From the NCBI GenBank assembly GCA_951406725.2, contig OX597817.1, positions 125,364,001 through 125,428,000 on the forward strand: DNA of 64,000 bases, written 5' to 3'. The notes beneath the pieces were generated by a model. That model was not told the origin of the DNA and did not search any database. It was given only the letters and a program-made list of their open reading frames with translations. The DNA comes from Octopus vulgaris (Eukaryota). The position numbers and the translations under genes were made by a program. How positions within the stretch are numbered: the first letter of the stretch is position 1; each line of letters starts with the position of its first letter. Shown here one piece after another: positions 26,187-38,939 of the stretch.

Positions 26187-26329
26187 TACAGGGTAAAAGT
26201 TTTTCAATTTTCTCCTGGTTTACGGAATTAATGTTATTTTGCGGTTAAAGCTTTGGCTGTTATTTCTAGTGGGTGAATGGCCTATTATGGCCGTTCCTTG
26301 ATTGTGATATATATATATATATATATACA

Positions 26330-27095
26330 TATAAGCATAAGTTACAATATATGGATTTAACTAATCCGAGGTACACATGAAAAAAGCTCCTTCGTGTATC
26401 ATTCTACAAATCACATAGAATAATTAGTATGATACGATAGAAAAACCTAAAATTATAGATAAAGAGAGAAACAAATAAATTTAATTATTCATAAACTAAT
26501 ATTTCAGAATACAAAAATTCCTTACATATAAATATATATGAAATCATAAATAAAGAGAAATATACTAAGATAAATTTATTTTACCATTGGATATTCATAC
26601 TTAACAACAATTGTTTCATAACTTAATAATCATGTATAAATAATTTATTTTATTATATTTTATAATAAATTATAAATTATTTACATGTCTATTAATTTCA
26701 TTCTTACTGTCTTCCGTATCTTAACGTTTTGAAAATTGACTCTTTGTGTTTAGAATTGTTATATATAATTATAAACATAGAATTCTTTCAACCCAACAAG
26801 CAAAAGCTTGTATATATATATATTAATATAGACATGTAAATAATTTATCATTTATTATAAAATATGATTAAATAAATTATTTATACATATTTATCAAGCT
26901 ACAATGCATCTGCTATAAAATATGAATGTCCAATAGTAAAATAAATTTTATCATTGTATGTTTCTCTCTTTATAATTTTAAGTTCTATTGTATCATACTA
27001 ATTATCCTATGTGATTTGTAGAATGATACATTAAGGAGCTTTTTTCATGTGTACCCCTGATTAGTTGAATCCATATATTGTGACTTATGCATATA
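26330..27095. repeat. ~770-bp AT-rich fold-back element (arms ~26330-26670 and ~26820-27095)
   Basis: gcataagttacaatatatggatttaactaatc...aagctcctt..tgtatcattctacaaatcacatag is mirrored at 26960-27092. The inner arms are also mirrored. Confidence 0.8.
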
Positions 27096-27303
27096 TATAT
27101 AAATTAGAAAAAAACATCTTTTATCAATTCAACAATGAAAAAATTAAATTATACCATATAGAAAAAAATTACATCTTATTGAAAAATTAAATATAAGATA
27201 AAAACATATACCAATGATTAAGTAATGAGCAAAATAATAAATAAAACGTATATATTTGGTAGAATATATATATCACTCACACAGACTCACATATTTATAC
27301 TCA

Positions 27304-27746
27304 CACGTATTCATACATACATGTGTTTATATGTATATATATCCGCATATATTTTTTAAAGATTTAAAAGAAAGAGAAGCAACCATGATGCTCTGCAGGA
27401 CCTCTCAAGATTGTTGGGGAGGCGACATAATGAGGATTCTGTAAAGCCATTGTTATGTTTACCACCCAAGAACAAAATGATGTGCTATGACTGGCTTCCA
27501 CAGTTTATGCTTTTGCTTATCACTGTTTAGTTGGTCTAGAGCTATACTAGAAGATAAGCAAGGTGCAACATGGTAGGATTGAACCTGAAACAACATGGTT
27601 ACAATGCAAATTATTTTAATACGCAGCCATGTCTGTGTCCATAGACTGAATCCACTGCAGGAGAATACTGGTACCAAGAATGAACCAAATTGAAGAGAAG
27701 CAGAATTGAAACTGATGAAAAAGGGGAACAAAATGCAATTTTCTTA
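27304..27746 (-). repeat. Right arm of the inverted duplication (partner 23388-23833)
   Basis: Reverse-complement match. Confidence 0.9.
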
Positions 27747-27989
27747 ATAAAAAAAAGATGTGATGACCATTATGTATACCTTCTCTCATATATCACTCTG
27801 TGTAAAGGTCAGCTTGTCTGGAACCCAGCCATAGATTTACAATATAGAATTGTGATGAACCATAACCTCAGACCTTGCCATAAAAATACTTCAAGTTCTT
27901 CACTAGTCTAAACAATATTGTTAGCCTGGTCTGCCAACAGTGAGCTTATGAAGTATGTTATCTGGATTGATAATCCCTTACTATTAGCT

Positions 27990-28095
27990 GTATGTATGTA
28001 TGCATGTATGTATGTATGTATGTATGTATGTATGTATGTATGTATGTATGTATGTATGTATGTATGTATGTATGTATGTATGTATGTATGTATGT
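27990..28095. repeat. (TATG)n microsatellite
   Basis: Direct reading. Confidence 0.95.
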
Positions 28096-28499
28096 ACAAG
28101 AGTTAAGGAATGGAGTAGATAAAATCTGGGCTATATAGCAAGCAGAGCCTCAGAAGTGGTAAATATCCAAGCGAGGTGTATACTGCAGGCTACGCTTCAG
28201 GTCAAGGATATTTTGATTAAATGAATGTTTACAATCAGAATGTGTAGAGAGCACAGTAGGAGTGGATAATATAAATGTATAAATTAGGATTGAATAAAAG
28301 GAAAAAGGAAAAACATAAAGGAGTGAGAAGAAATAGGAATTTAAGCACCGTCATTTGATTGGTAGTATTCAATAGGGCTGTTTTTACTGAATCACAGAAA
28401 TTAGACTATGTGGAAGGGAGAGGCTGGGGAAATATTTTAGGCCAAGGGGTAGAAAAAATATGCATGAAGAAAGCAAGATAGAATGGGGCAAGAATCATG

Positions 28500-29090
28500 G
28501 CAGCTACTGCCAGTAATCAATTAAGGAATGTATATTGTGTACAGTGAGCATGTTTACAGTATGAAGTAGCAGAGGTATATGCTGGCACATATACTTGTAA
28601 GTTTATAAGGGTGTGAGTAGGAGGGGAAGACAAGTGAAATAAGAGAAAAATATTATTATAAATGGTAAGGAAAGATACAAAGAAGAGTATGTAAATGACA
28701 ATAAGGAATTAAAGAGAAGATATATTGTTAGTTTAATATATAGTGGTAGTGAGGGTAAACAAGAAGGAAAATTTATGTAGACTAGCAGAAAAAGGTAGGG
28801 TGGAGTTGTTGTTATTTGTATTTTGAGAATAGATTTAATGATTGATGCTTACAGGTAAAAATTATACTGCTGCATTCATTAAGACAATCCATGGATTTCA
28901 AAATAGCTAACACCTCAGATATGCAGAGATCACACTTGTTATTATAGCTGTTGTATGGTTTGGCACGGGTAACTATAGACCACTTGAGAGTGTAAGGCTT
29001 TGAATCAATCTTTAGTTTATTGATAAGCTGAAATAACGACGTACTGGTGAAATTTTTTGGGACCTGAAACTGGAGTAGTGGTTGCTCACT
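28500..29090 (+). pseudogene. Possible very old PLE endonuclease end plus pseudo-LTR
   Basis: Weak motifs NVYCVQ..EVYAGT..KF, NLCRLAEK and CCIH. HHR-like CTGGTGA...GAAActggagTA at ~29044-29077. Confidence 0.3.
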
Positions 29091-29359
29091 CTAGCTTTGA
29101 AGGTGGTGCAGCATGAGCCTATATATATATGTAGTTACAGTTAACAGCTGATACTGTACACTTGTAAACGATGTTTTTTGTGAGACAGCTGTGATCTGAA
29201 GGACCATCTCAATAAACCACTATTGTCCCTAAAAGTTTTTTATATTCACTACAGATTGCTTGAAGCTAACATTCTTCCTACACCTCGTTCCTTGGATCTT
29301 ATATTTATTTATGTGTATATGCATATATGTGTGTGCGCACAAACACACACACACACACG

Positions 29360-29420
<61 letters not shown>

Positions 29421-29549
29421 ACATATATGTATGCACACACAACCACATAATCATCTTCATTTAATGTCTGCATGGAAAATGGATATTAAATGATAAGGAT
29501 GATGATGATGATGATGAGGATGATGATGATAAACGCATGTGCATGCGTG

Positions 29550-29581
<32 letters not shown>

Positions 29582-30917
29582 GTGTCACATACACACGTAC
29601 ATATTTACATATTCTTTTGTTGATTTTAGTCATTGAGCTGCAACCATGCTGGACTGTTTCCCAGTGGCATATTAAGGCATGGGCACACTGAGCAGTTTCC
29701 CAGGGATTCCACAGGTGTAGGGGCTCAATTCTGATTTACGTATGCTTTGCCTTGCTGTCAATAAATATATACTATAAGGCCCAATCCAGTGATCTCCCCT
29801 GGAGCCTACAACATGGTTAAAATGATCCTAGCATTGCCTTCAAGAATTTCTATATTTGTAGGCACTTGACTGCATTCCAATGTTAAATAATACATAAATA
29901 AACTTACATTGAGAGAAGCTACAAAATGAAATAAATTACAAGAGATACTATAAAACTAAATCGTATCTATTGCAGAAATTCTGAATTAAGTACTGAAGAG
30001 AGATATTTGGCAGAAATATTCCAGAAACAGAATACATTATTAGATTATATTAAAATAAGAAGGATTTATTTTTTTTCTTCACAATCTTAAACACAAGACT
30101 ATATGTACTGGAAAGCAAATCTGTCAGCTTAGAAAACCTGACAAATGCAGTGTTTATTCTTTTCTTCTTCTAATACAATTTTCGTTTTAGAAAAGATGTA
30201 TTATCCTTATATAAAATTAGATTTACTAAATCTATCAAAATTAATTAACTGTGATTAATTGATATTTTAACATAAGATAGCACACATTTAGCTTAAATAT
30301 GACATACTTCATTTTGGACATTACAAATTTCTTCCTTAGAAATAATCAACATCAATATTTATATTTTACAATTTCATTCCTTGTTTAGTTGGTTTCTCTT
30401 CGTTTATATATTTTCAAAGTAAGATGTATGAGACTCAAAATCCAAAAGTTTTGATGAAGGGATGATGTACATAAATTTTCCAAGGATATTAGTGGAAAAT
30501 GTTGAGTTGAAAATACTGAAACAGACTATCCACTTTTTAAAAATTATGTGACCAATATTTTGAAAAACTATCCTCTACTTCAATGGAGACTTCCAGATAT
30601 TTGAAGGAAATCATTTCAAGTGTATTCTAACAATCTCCAGTGCATTTTGTGTGTTATAATCCTCATCTTCATGTGACCCATTCAAACATGCTTATATGAC
30701 GACACTTGTATGATGGTATAGCTCATTCACTGACATCATAAGGTGTCAAGAGTTTTCACATAAAGACATACATACATATATACATACATGCACATGCTTG
30801 CACACACACACACATACCATGTATAATTAAGGTAAGTAAATTTGGTAGATAGAAACAGTGTGGAGCCCTACCATATGTATGTGTGGATATGTGTATATGT
30901 ATATATATATATATATA

Positions 30918-31140
30918 CTTTATTTAAAAGCAGCAGAAATTCAACAAAACCTGTTACTCTGAGTTTCATGTTCCCGTTCGTCGGACTGTTTTTGTTAAAA
31001 TAGAACCGACGAACAGGAACGGGAAACTCAGAGTAACAGGTTTTGTTGAATTTCTGCTGCTTTTAAATAAAGCATATTACTCTACCCCTGGTATTTGAGT
31101 ACTTTTTTTCCACCTTGTTTCACATTTATGTGTTTACTCC

Positions 31141-31142
<2 letters not shown>
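30918..31142. mobile_element. Short palindromic PLE pseudo-LTR-like element with minimal hammerhead-like motifs
   Basis: 67-bp arms at 30918-30984 and 31006-31072 with a 21-bp spacer, (TA)n on both sides. Motif CCGACGA acgggaacat GAAA ctc-a-gag TA. Confidence 0.65.
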
Positions 31143-31178
<36 letters not shown>

Positions 31179-31181
<3 letters not shown>

Positions 31182-31580
31182 CTCTTTTACTTGTTTCAGT
31201 CATTTGACTGCAGCCATGCTGGAGCACCGCCTTTAATCGAGCAACTCGACCCTGGGACATATTCTTTTGTAAGCCCAGTACTTATTCTATCGGTCTCTTT
31301 TGCCGAACCGCTAAGTAACGGGGACATAAACACACCAACATCGGTTGTCAAGCAATGCTAAGGGGACAAACAGAGACACACAAACACACACATGCATATA
31401 TATATATACATATATACGGCGGGCTTCTTTCAGTTTCCGCCTACCAAATCCACTCACAAGGCTTTGGTTGGCCCGAGGCTATAGTAGAAGACACTTGCCC
31501 AAGGTGCCACGCAGTGTGACTGAACCCGGAACCGTGTGGTTGGTAAACAAGCTACTTACCACATAGCCACTCCTGAGCCT
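31179..31580 (-). mobile_element. Family A SINE
   Basis: Full-length family match. Confidence 0.9.
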
Positions 31581-31584
31581 ATAG

Positions 31585-31634
<50 letters not shown>

Positions 31635-31649
31635 ACATATATATATATA

Positions 31650-32770
31650 AATCATCATTTAACAACTGTTGTCTATGCTGGCATGGGTTGGATAGTTTGA
31701 CCAGAGCTGGCTAGCTGGGGTGCTGCACCAAACACCAGTCTGATTTGGCAACCACTTTATAGAGTGTGCTGGATGCTTTTAAGTGGCACTGTATCTGTAC
31801 TTATACATCATGCCATACGGATGCTTTTACCTGGCACTGCATGGGTGCTTTTATATGAAACTACTATGAGCGTTTTTATGTGGCACTGGCCCAAAACTCT
31901 TGCTGGTCAATCCTCATCACTGGAGGAATTGGTCTTAACACTTCTGCCACAGGGAATGGGTCTTCTTGAGTACAGCAAGGCACCAGGCATCTTGGTTCTT
32001 TGTCATCTTACTTGAACATTTCAGCATCCTGAGGTCACTCTTCAGTACTTTGACCCATGTCTTTCTGGGCCTCCGACTTCCATGTGTTCCATCTGCTTTG
32101 AAAGATACACACTTCTTTATGGAACTGACAGTGTCCATCTGCATCACATGACCAGACCAGTGCAGTTTTCTCACTTGCACACAGCAACTAATTCCTCTTA
32201 CACCCAATTTCTTTCTCATGGTGCTAGCATGTCAAACATGTACACTTACATTACGCATCCAGCAGAGCATACTAGCCTCGTTTGTTCCTAACCTTCAGAT
32301 ATCCTCTGCATTCAGGACTCACATCTCACTACCATGTAGATTTAATATCCATATATATACATCATACAATCTTCCTTTCATTTGGAGAGAGAAACCTTTT
32401 GTAGGCAACAGAGGTAACAGCTCACTGAACTTTCTCCATCTTATTCTTATTCTAGCTATCACACACCCCATGAAACCCCCACTACTAATTTTGTCCCTTA
32501 TGTAGCAGAAATTATCTACTACCTCTAATGAGCTACCAAACCATTTGAGAGAAACAATTTCCTGAGTTCCTATAGTTTTATGGATCCTGTGCTTCTACCA
32601 CATATGAACACTACCTTCTTATATAATTTTCCCATTAATCCACTGCACGTCTTATGTGTCCATAGCTTACACTGGGTACACCATATTGAGTTCCTGCCTA
32701 CATTTTTCCCTATAAATGGAACAAGGCCACCTACCTGAAATGGGTAGGATCCTGTCAGTTTTCTTGCTTA
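31650..32770 (-). mobile_element. Decayed RTE-clade LINE 3' fragment
   Basis: RKLHWSGHVMQMD...GSRRPRKTW (RTE C-terminus) followed by the 3' UTR and ATG-type tail. Confidence 0.75.
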
Positions 32771-32854
32771 CTATGCATATTTATATATACATATAGATGT
32801 AGGTCTGTATATATATGTATGTATATATGCATGTTTTATTTATTATTTTGTTAT

Positions 32855-32886
<32 letters not shown>

Positions 32887-32901
32887 GTTTTCTTGCTTAG
32901 T

Positions 32902-32953
<52 letters not shown>

Positions 32954-34703
32954 TAAATAGATATATAGATAGATAGATAGACAGACAGACAGATACATAC
33001 ATACATATGCATATGTAGCAATATTGGTTTTTATATTGAGTTATAGTAGAAACAATTTTCCATTTAACTGAAGGATTACTCAGTCCTTCAAAGTTTTAAA
33101 CCTGCATAGTCAATAGAACTTATGAGTTCATATTCACTTTGTGTACTTTCTGGTAAGTTTAATATTTCTGGGCAAAATGGAGTTTGATTGAATGATAATT
33201 AAGGTTGTAGGGTAGGCTCTGATAGGAAGATATAGACGACTATAGCTGATTAAATTTGGAGTTGTTGTTTTTGCTTACAAATCAGTCATGCATGTCTCCA
33301 TGCAGAGTGAATTGCAGTCAGATGTATGTATTTAGGTATGTCAGCTTTAGGTCTTGGGGTCACATGTTAGATGCTCACAAAAAAATGTATGTAGGAAAAG
33401 TGTTAGTCTGTCAACAGATTCCTTTACTTGTTGCTAGTGTTATTTAGATTTAACTTGTGTTTTTGGAAAGGGATGGCTGTTGTTCAGAGTTCAGTCAAGC
33501 AAGCAAGATTTTGTGATTAGGTGTGATTATTTAGGAGTGTCAACCTTAGGTTTTCATGTTTTAGTGTAGAAACTTGTTTATCATGTGCTTTAAGTTTCTC
33601 TAAAAGATGTCAGCAGGTGGAAAGGTTAATTGGTTAGTAGATTTCTCACCAAGAATTAATTAGTTGTTGTGTTATTTAACTATCATTTAGAAAATTTAAC
33701 CTTTGTGTATCTTAATGTGATAGGGAGGTACCAAAATCGCTACTGTAATATATGGTTTTGTCTCATTGGAATACACTTTTGCTCATGTGCAAATTGGATC
33801 AAGACAAAAATAAATGAGTGATTACATGGTATATAAAATCAACAAATATACAGCCCATCTTCAATTCAATTTTTGTTGCTGACTTCTTATTTCTTTAGAA
33901 TTTTTGTAGTTATTATACAATTCCTGATCATTATCTTTACAAGATTTTTTTTCCTGCTCATAGTTTCTTTTTGTCTGCTGAAACTATTAGGAATTGTAAA
34001 ATCAATAGAGTTATATAGATATGAGGTAAGATTTGGCGTTGCATTACTTGGTCCAGTCTTTTTTTTTTTACATAAGACTAATTATTTTGTAAAAGCAAAA
34101 GAACACATATTTGATTGCATTGACCTTAGTTTATTACTGGCAATAAGTTGATCAATATCCATCAGTTGTAGCAAGATAAAAACCAATAAGGGCAAGATGT
34201 TAATTTAGAACATTATTAAATACAACTAAATATAATATTTTCTGTTTTTAGAATCAAGGTGCCCTAGAGTTAACCAATGGCCTTGCATTTTCAGTTTCCT
34301 TGTTTTACTAAAAGTAATAAAATTACACTAGTAACATAATACACAAAGACAGACTTGAGTTACTGTTCAATTCTTTAGTATTTCAACCAGCAAATTAAGA
34401 CCTAAATATTGAAACTGACGAAATCAAGCCTAAATATTTTACTTGTTTTAAGTTCGAAATGGCCAGGTCTGTCCTCTCACTCCTATCCTATAATGTCATT
34501 TTAAAGATAAATAATCACTTTATCAAAATCTTGAAGCTGTGAAATAAAGCATGATCAGGTCAAAATAATGTCAATAAATAATCATTACATTTGACAGAGT
34601 AATTGGAAAGCTAAATGGTTAAAAGTTCAATGTTTAAATGTTAAACAATAGTGTGCAGTTCTTTATTTTCACTATCCCAAGATCAAGTCTTACAGATAAT
34701 AAG

Positions 34704-34741
<38 letters not shown>

Positions 34742-34890
34742 GTTTATATATTTGTTTTGCAAGATTTTTGATGTAAAAGTTAATGTAAAAGATTAATGTA
34801 AAAAAATAAATGACGCTGAAGCAAAGTAACACCAAATATATAGTGCGTCTGTTTTTATTGGCTAAACTGGCAAAATGACCATTCCTAAAT

Positions 34891-34940
<50 letters not shown>

Positions 34941-36199
34941 CCTAGCATAGTAACAGGAACAATGTATAATTAATGAGTGTGTTATGAGCTTTCACTGTCT
35001 CTTTCAGTCTCAACAGCGTAATAATAATCCATCTTGGTATGTTTTCATGAAAATCATGTAAACATTTTGTCTATTGTGTCACTATGAGTTGTATTTAGTA
35101 ACATACAATTATCGAGAAACATACAATATAATACTCTCTTTCTTTCTGTTTCCTCTCACTCTTACTCTCTCACACACATACATGAAATTAGGTTTGATTT
35201 TAGACAGTAGATATCACGACTATCCAAACTAGAATATCTTGAGTACCATTTTCACAAAGTGACTAGAAATATCTTAGGATTCTACCTAACTCAATAAGAA
35301 ATAGCAAACACAAGACCAGTTTATTGCATTATTCAAACTTGAAACTATACGTGAGCAACTAATTTCAGACTGTCAATTTTCAAAATTTGATTACATTTAA
35401 AAGTTTAATAGCTTCTTCACAAATAAACATTATAAGGGAAACCATTTAAAGAGGTTTGATTCAATAAGCCATTTAGTTAAAGAGTTTATAATCCTTCTCT
35501 TATTTTTCCTATAATCTATGGAAACATCTTGGTGGAAGCTTCTTTTTCAAGAATATTAAGCAAATTTTAATCCTTTGGAGTTCAACAGTCTTATACACAA
35601 AAGCGGATGAGATACATAAAAAACAGCAGAGATATTTAAATTCTGAAAAAATAATATCTGATTCAATACCATATTAACACTGGAAAAAAAATCTGTGTGT
35701 GTAAATATATGTGTGTGTGAGTGTGTGTGTGTATGTTTGTGAGTGTGTATGTATGTGTGTGTGTGTGTATGTGTATACGTATACATAATCACATACACAC
35801 ACACACACATGTACATACGTATATGACTGTGATTATGAAATTTGCTTTGCAATCAGATGGTTTTAGGCTCAATTCTCCAGCATGAAACCTAGGACAAGGA
35901 TTTTTTAATGTAGCCCCAGGCTGACCTAAGTGTTGTGAATGGATTAAAACTTGAAGAACACCATTGAATGTATGTGGTGAGCATGCACACTTGTATGTGT
36001 ATGTGTGTGTGTGTGTTTCCATGTTTGTATGTTCAATTGTGTATTTTTGTGTATTTCTTCAAGTCAGTGAATGTATGGAAGCTTTTTAGATATAAGAAGA
36101 AACAAATATAGTTGTGTCTTGTACAGTGATTTTTTGGATATAAATACTCACATAGTAGATGTGTATTTTTTGAATGAATAACTAATGAAACAACTTATA

Positions 36200-37260
36200 G
36201 CCTGTAGAAAGCATCAATGCCAGGATTATGATCTCCAGTGTAGTTAGTCGTAGGTTTTATGCGTTTATTATCCCATGGTGAGCTATACGCATTCACAGAC
36301 AGAAGTTTAAACGATATACAATGGTCAAGAGGCATCTCAGTGATGTTGGTAAGTACTGTGGAATTGTGTTTATAAGAATGGGGAGTTTGTAATTATTCAT
36401 ACATACCATTAGGTAAAGTGTGGTTAATAATTCAGTCAATGATTACTCTAATTCAGACCCCCTGTATTGTGCAAAAGTACAATTAATTGTATGAGAGCAA
36501 GTTGATAATCTTTCTAAAATCTCATTAATAAGCTTCTCATTGTTTCACAAAATGCTTAGTGATTCTTCGGAGCACAATCTGCATCTCCTGGAAAAGACAT
36601 TGCATGGTTGTGCATGTCTTATTATGGACAAAGTAATATCATATTTAATCTTATCTGCTTAAGGTGCCACACAAAATCAGTCAAAGATGTTGAATACCTC
36701 TTGAATTTCTAGAAGCTGGAGACATGGTTTTGGTTTCAGTTCTTGAACGAATCAGCCTTTGCCCCAATGTAAACGTACAGGCCTCCCCTTGTGTGTACAG
36801 TGCTCATATATACAACATTGATATTCATACAGAGGTTCATCAATGGGCTTTTTGTTTTTTCTCTGCATGAGCATTTATTAGATTTAGTTGCATTTATGGT
36901 TCTGCTTTTGCGGTTATTAAACTGTTACCATGTTGGCCATGTCTCTATTTTTGTTATTATCACTATGTGGCCACATCAAGTGATTTTCATTTTGGTTGGT
37001 ATTGCTTTTCCTGACATTTTTGCTATATTATGTATTCTTTCTTTTTGTATTTGAGCTTTGTTATGGATCTCTTATTATAAAAGGCAGATTTTATCTGCCT
37101 CCCTTTGTCAGTTATAGAAATCTACAATATAGGATTTCTTCAATTACAATTTACCTAGCATTTTTAAGAGTAGAATGCATCGGGTTTTGCCAGGTCCAGT
37201 TTTTAAAATTTAAACTCCAATTAAGCAAAATTTACAGAAAACTCACATTCTGGTGTGTAT
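36200..37260 (-). pseudogene. Decayed Penelope-like element (GIY-YIG endonuclease plus pseudo-LTR with a decayed hammerhead)
   Basis: PLMNLCMNINVVY...YVYIGAKADSFKN*NQNHVSSF...TSLTDFVWHLK...RRCRLCSEE..LINE....TCSH. Downstream is CTGTGA atgcgt...acgcat AAAA (~36255-36299). Confidence 0.75.
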
Positions 37261-37844
37261 GTCAAATGCTTTTCTTAGTCTGGTTTACAGCACACGCAAA
37301 CGCACACACACAGTGTGCAACGAATAAAGTGAAACTAGATGTAATATTTGTTTCTGTCTATCACGCTGATAGATACATGAGTAAAATGTATGGCAAGCTA
37401 ACAGATAAGAGTGAGTGAAAATGTTCTTGGAAGAGAGTAAATAGCGACAGTGATTTGAGGAAGACTAAACTGAAAGTATGAAACAGTGTTTATGTATAAA
37501 CAGACGACACTTATATAAACCCTTTCGTTACCAAACCACCCGAATTTACCTATTCATATTTAAATGAGAATATCAGAGTAAATCTCTTTAACACATTCGT
37601 GAAAACACGTATTATACTTCGTAAACACTTCAAATACAGTTTTGTACAAAAATCGAAGTGTAATTTTAATTCCGTGAATTATGGGAGATTTTTTTCCGAA
37701 ATTTGTTCCTATTGTGTTTTCAAAATTTGTAATTCTGACAAAAAATGGATACGAATTTCATTATATCAAGCAGCGAGTCAGAATTCGAAGGATTTTCTAC
37801 TGAAGACCTTGATAAATCTAACTCTATGACTGAAAAAAAAAGCA

Positions 37845-38240
37845 TCTTTATATAAGAGTGAAGTTGTGTGTCTGTCTCCTACGATTTAGATTCGTAACTA
37901 CTCCCACATTTTGCGGTGCAGTTTAACCAAAAGCGGGTATCTTATAGTCGTGATTCATATCGAGCCCTTCTGGGTATTAGCGCGCGTCTACGATGAGTCT
38001 ACGATTTAAAAAAAATTTACCATCATATTTTTCCATTTTATTGTATTTTTTTCGCTTTTATATAAGGGAAGTAACTCTCTAAAAATATCTACGATGTGTC
38101 AACGATTTAAAAACAAAATTTACCTTAATTTTTTTTCAATTTTTAATGCATTCTTTTGCTATTTTTTGGCTATAACTCTCTAAAAATGCTTATATAGTTA
38201 TTTCCCTTACAACCCGAGCAACGCCGGGCGATACTGCTAG
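37845..38240 (+). mobile_element. Non-autonomous Helitron
   Basis: 5' A|TC start, subterminal hairpin cccg-agcaacgc-cggg, 3' CTAG|T end, no TSD. Confidence 0.85.
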
Positions 38241-38514
38241 TCTTCTATGAGAATAAAGTTGTACCCTTTGATTTGCCATTTCTATATATGAAAACCTTGC
38301 AGAAATCTTGTATAAAAAGAGTTTATTTTAATGAGATACCTCGTGAAATCACCCAAGGAGACACATCTACACCGAGGGATACACCTAAATCAGTTGTATA
38401 GTATCCCACCCACAAGGGATCGATGCTAGATGGGTCGAAATAATTGTAGGGATCAATAAAGATTCTCGCGTCTTCCATCTTCTGTCTCTCTCATTAATCA
38501 CACACACACACACG

Positions 38515-38720
38515 TCTTTTATCTTTTACTTGTTTCATTCATAAGACTATGACAATGATGGGGCACCACATTGAAGAACTTTTAGTCGAATGCGCTGACT
38601 CCAGTACTTATTTTTGAAAAACCTGGTACTTATCCTACTGGTCTCTTTTGCTGAACCATTAGATCACAGAGAAGTGACCCAGCTCTGGTTGTCAAGTGTT
38701 GGAGGGGAACAAACACATAA

Positions 38721-38754
<34 letters not shown>

Positions 38755-38890
38755 TCACACTCATACACACATACATAGATATGACGGGCTTGTTTCAGTT
38801 TCCATCTACCAAATCCACTGAAAAGGTATTGGTCAGTCCACAGCTATAGTATTAGACACTTGCCCAAGCTGCATAGTACCTTGGGCATCA
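38515..38890 (-). mobile_element. Older family A SINE
   Basis: Diverged match to family A. Confidence 0.7.
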
Positions 38891-38939
38891 CTCCTTTGTT
38901 AAGAATGGTGCCATAAATTACCTATCTTAGCTATTGCAG

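Larger units (their letters stand above)
24582..26308. mobile_element. Retrozyme or PLE pseudo-LTR-like array: ~1.9 tandem 492-bp units plus ~1.6 inverted units, in (TA)n
   Basis: Units start at 24582 and 25073. The inversion centre is ~25498-25521. Mirror arm 25522-26308 matches 24685-25497. One hammerhead per unit. Confidence 0.8.

Noticed and set aside
38403-38460. atccc...ggtc GAAA taattg TA gggat hammerhead half
   Set aside because: The CUGANGA core is absent; at most a dead pseudo-LTR remnant.
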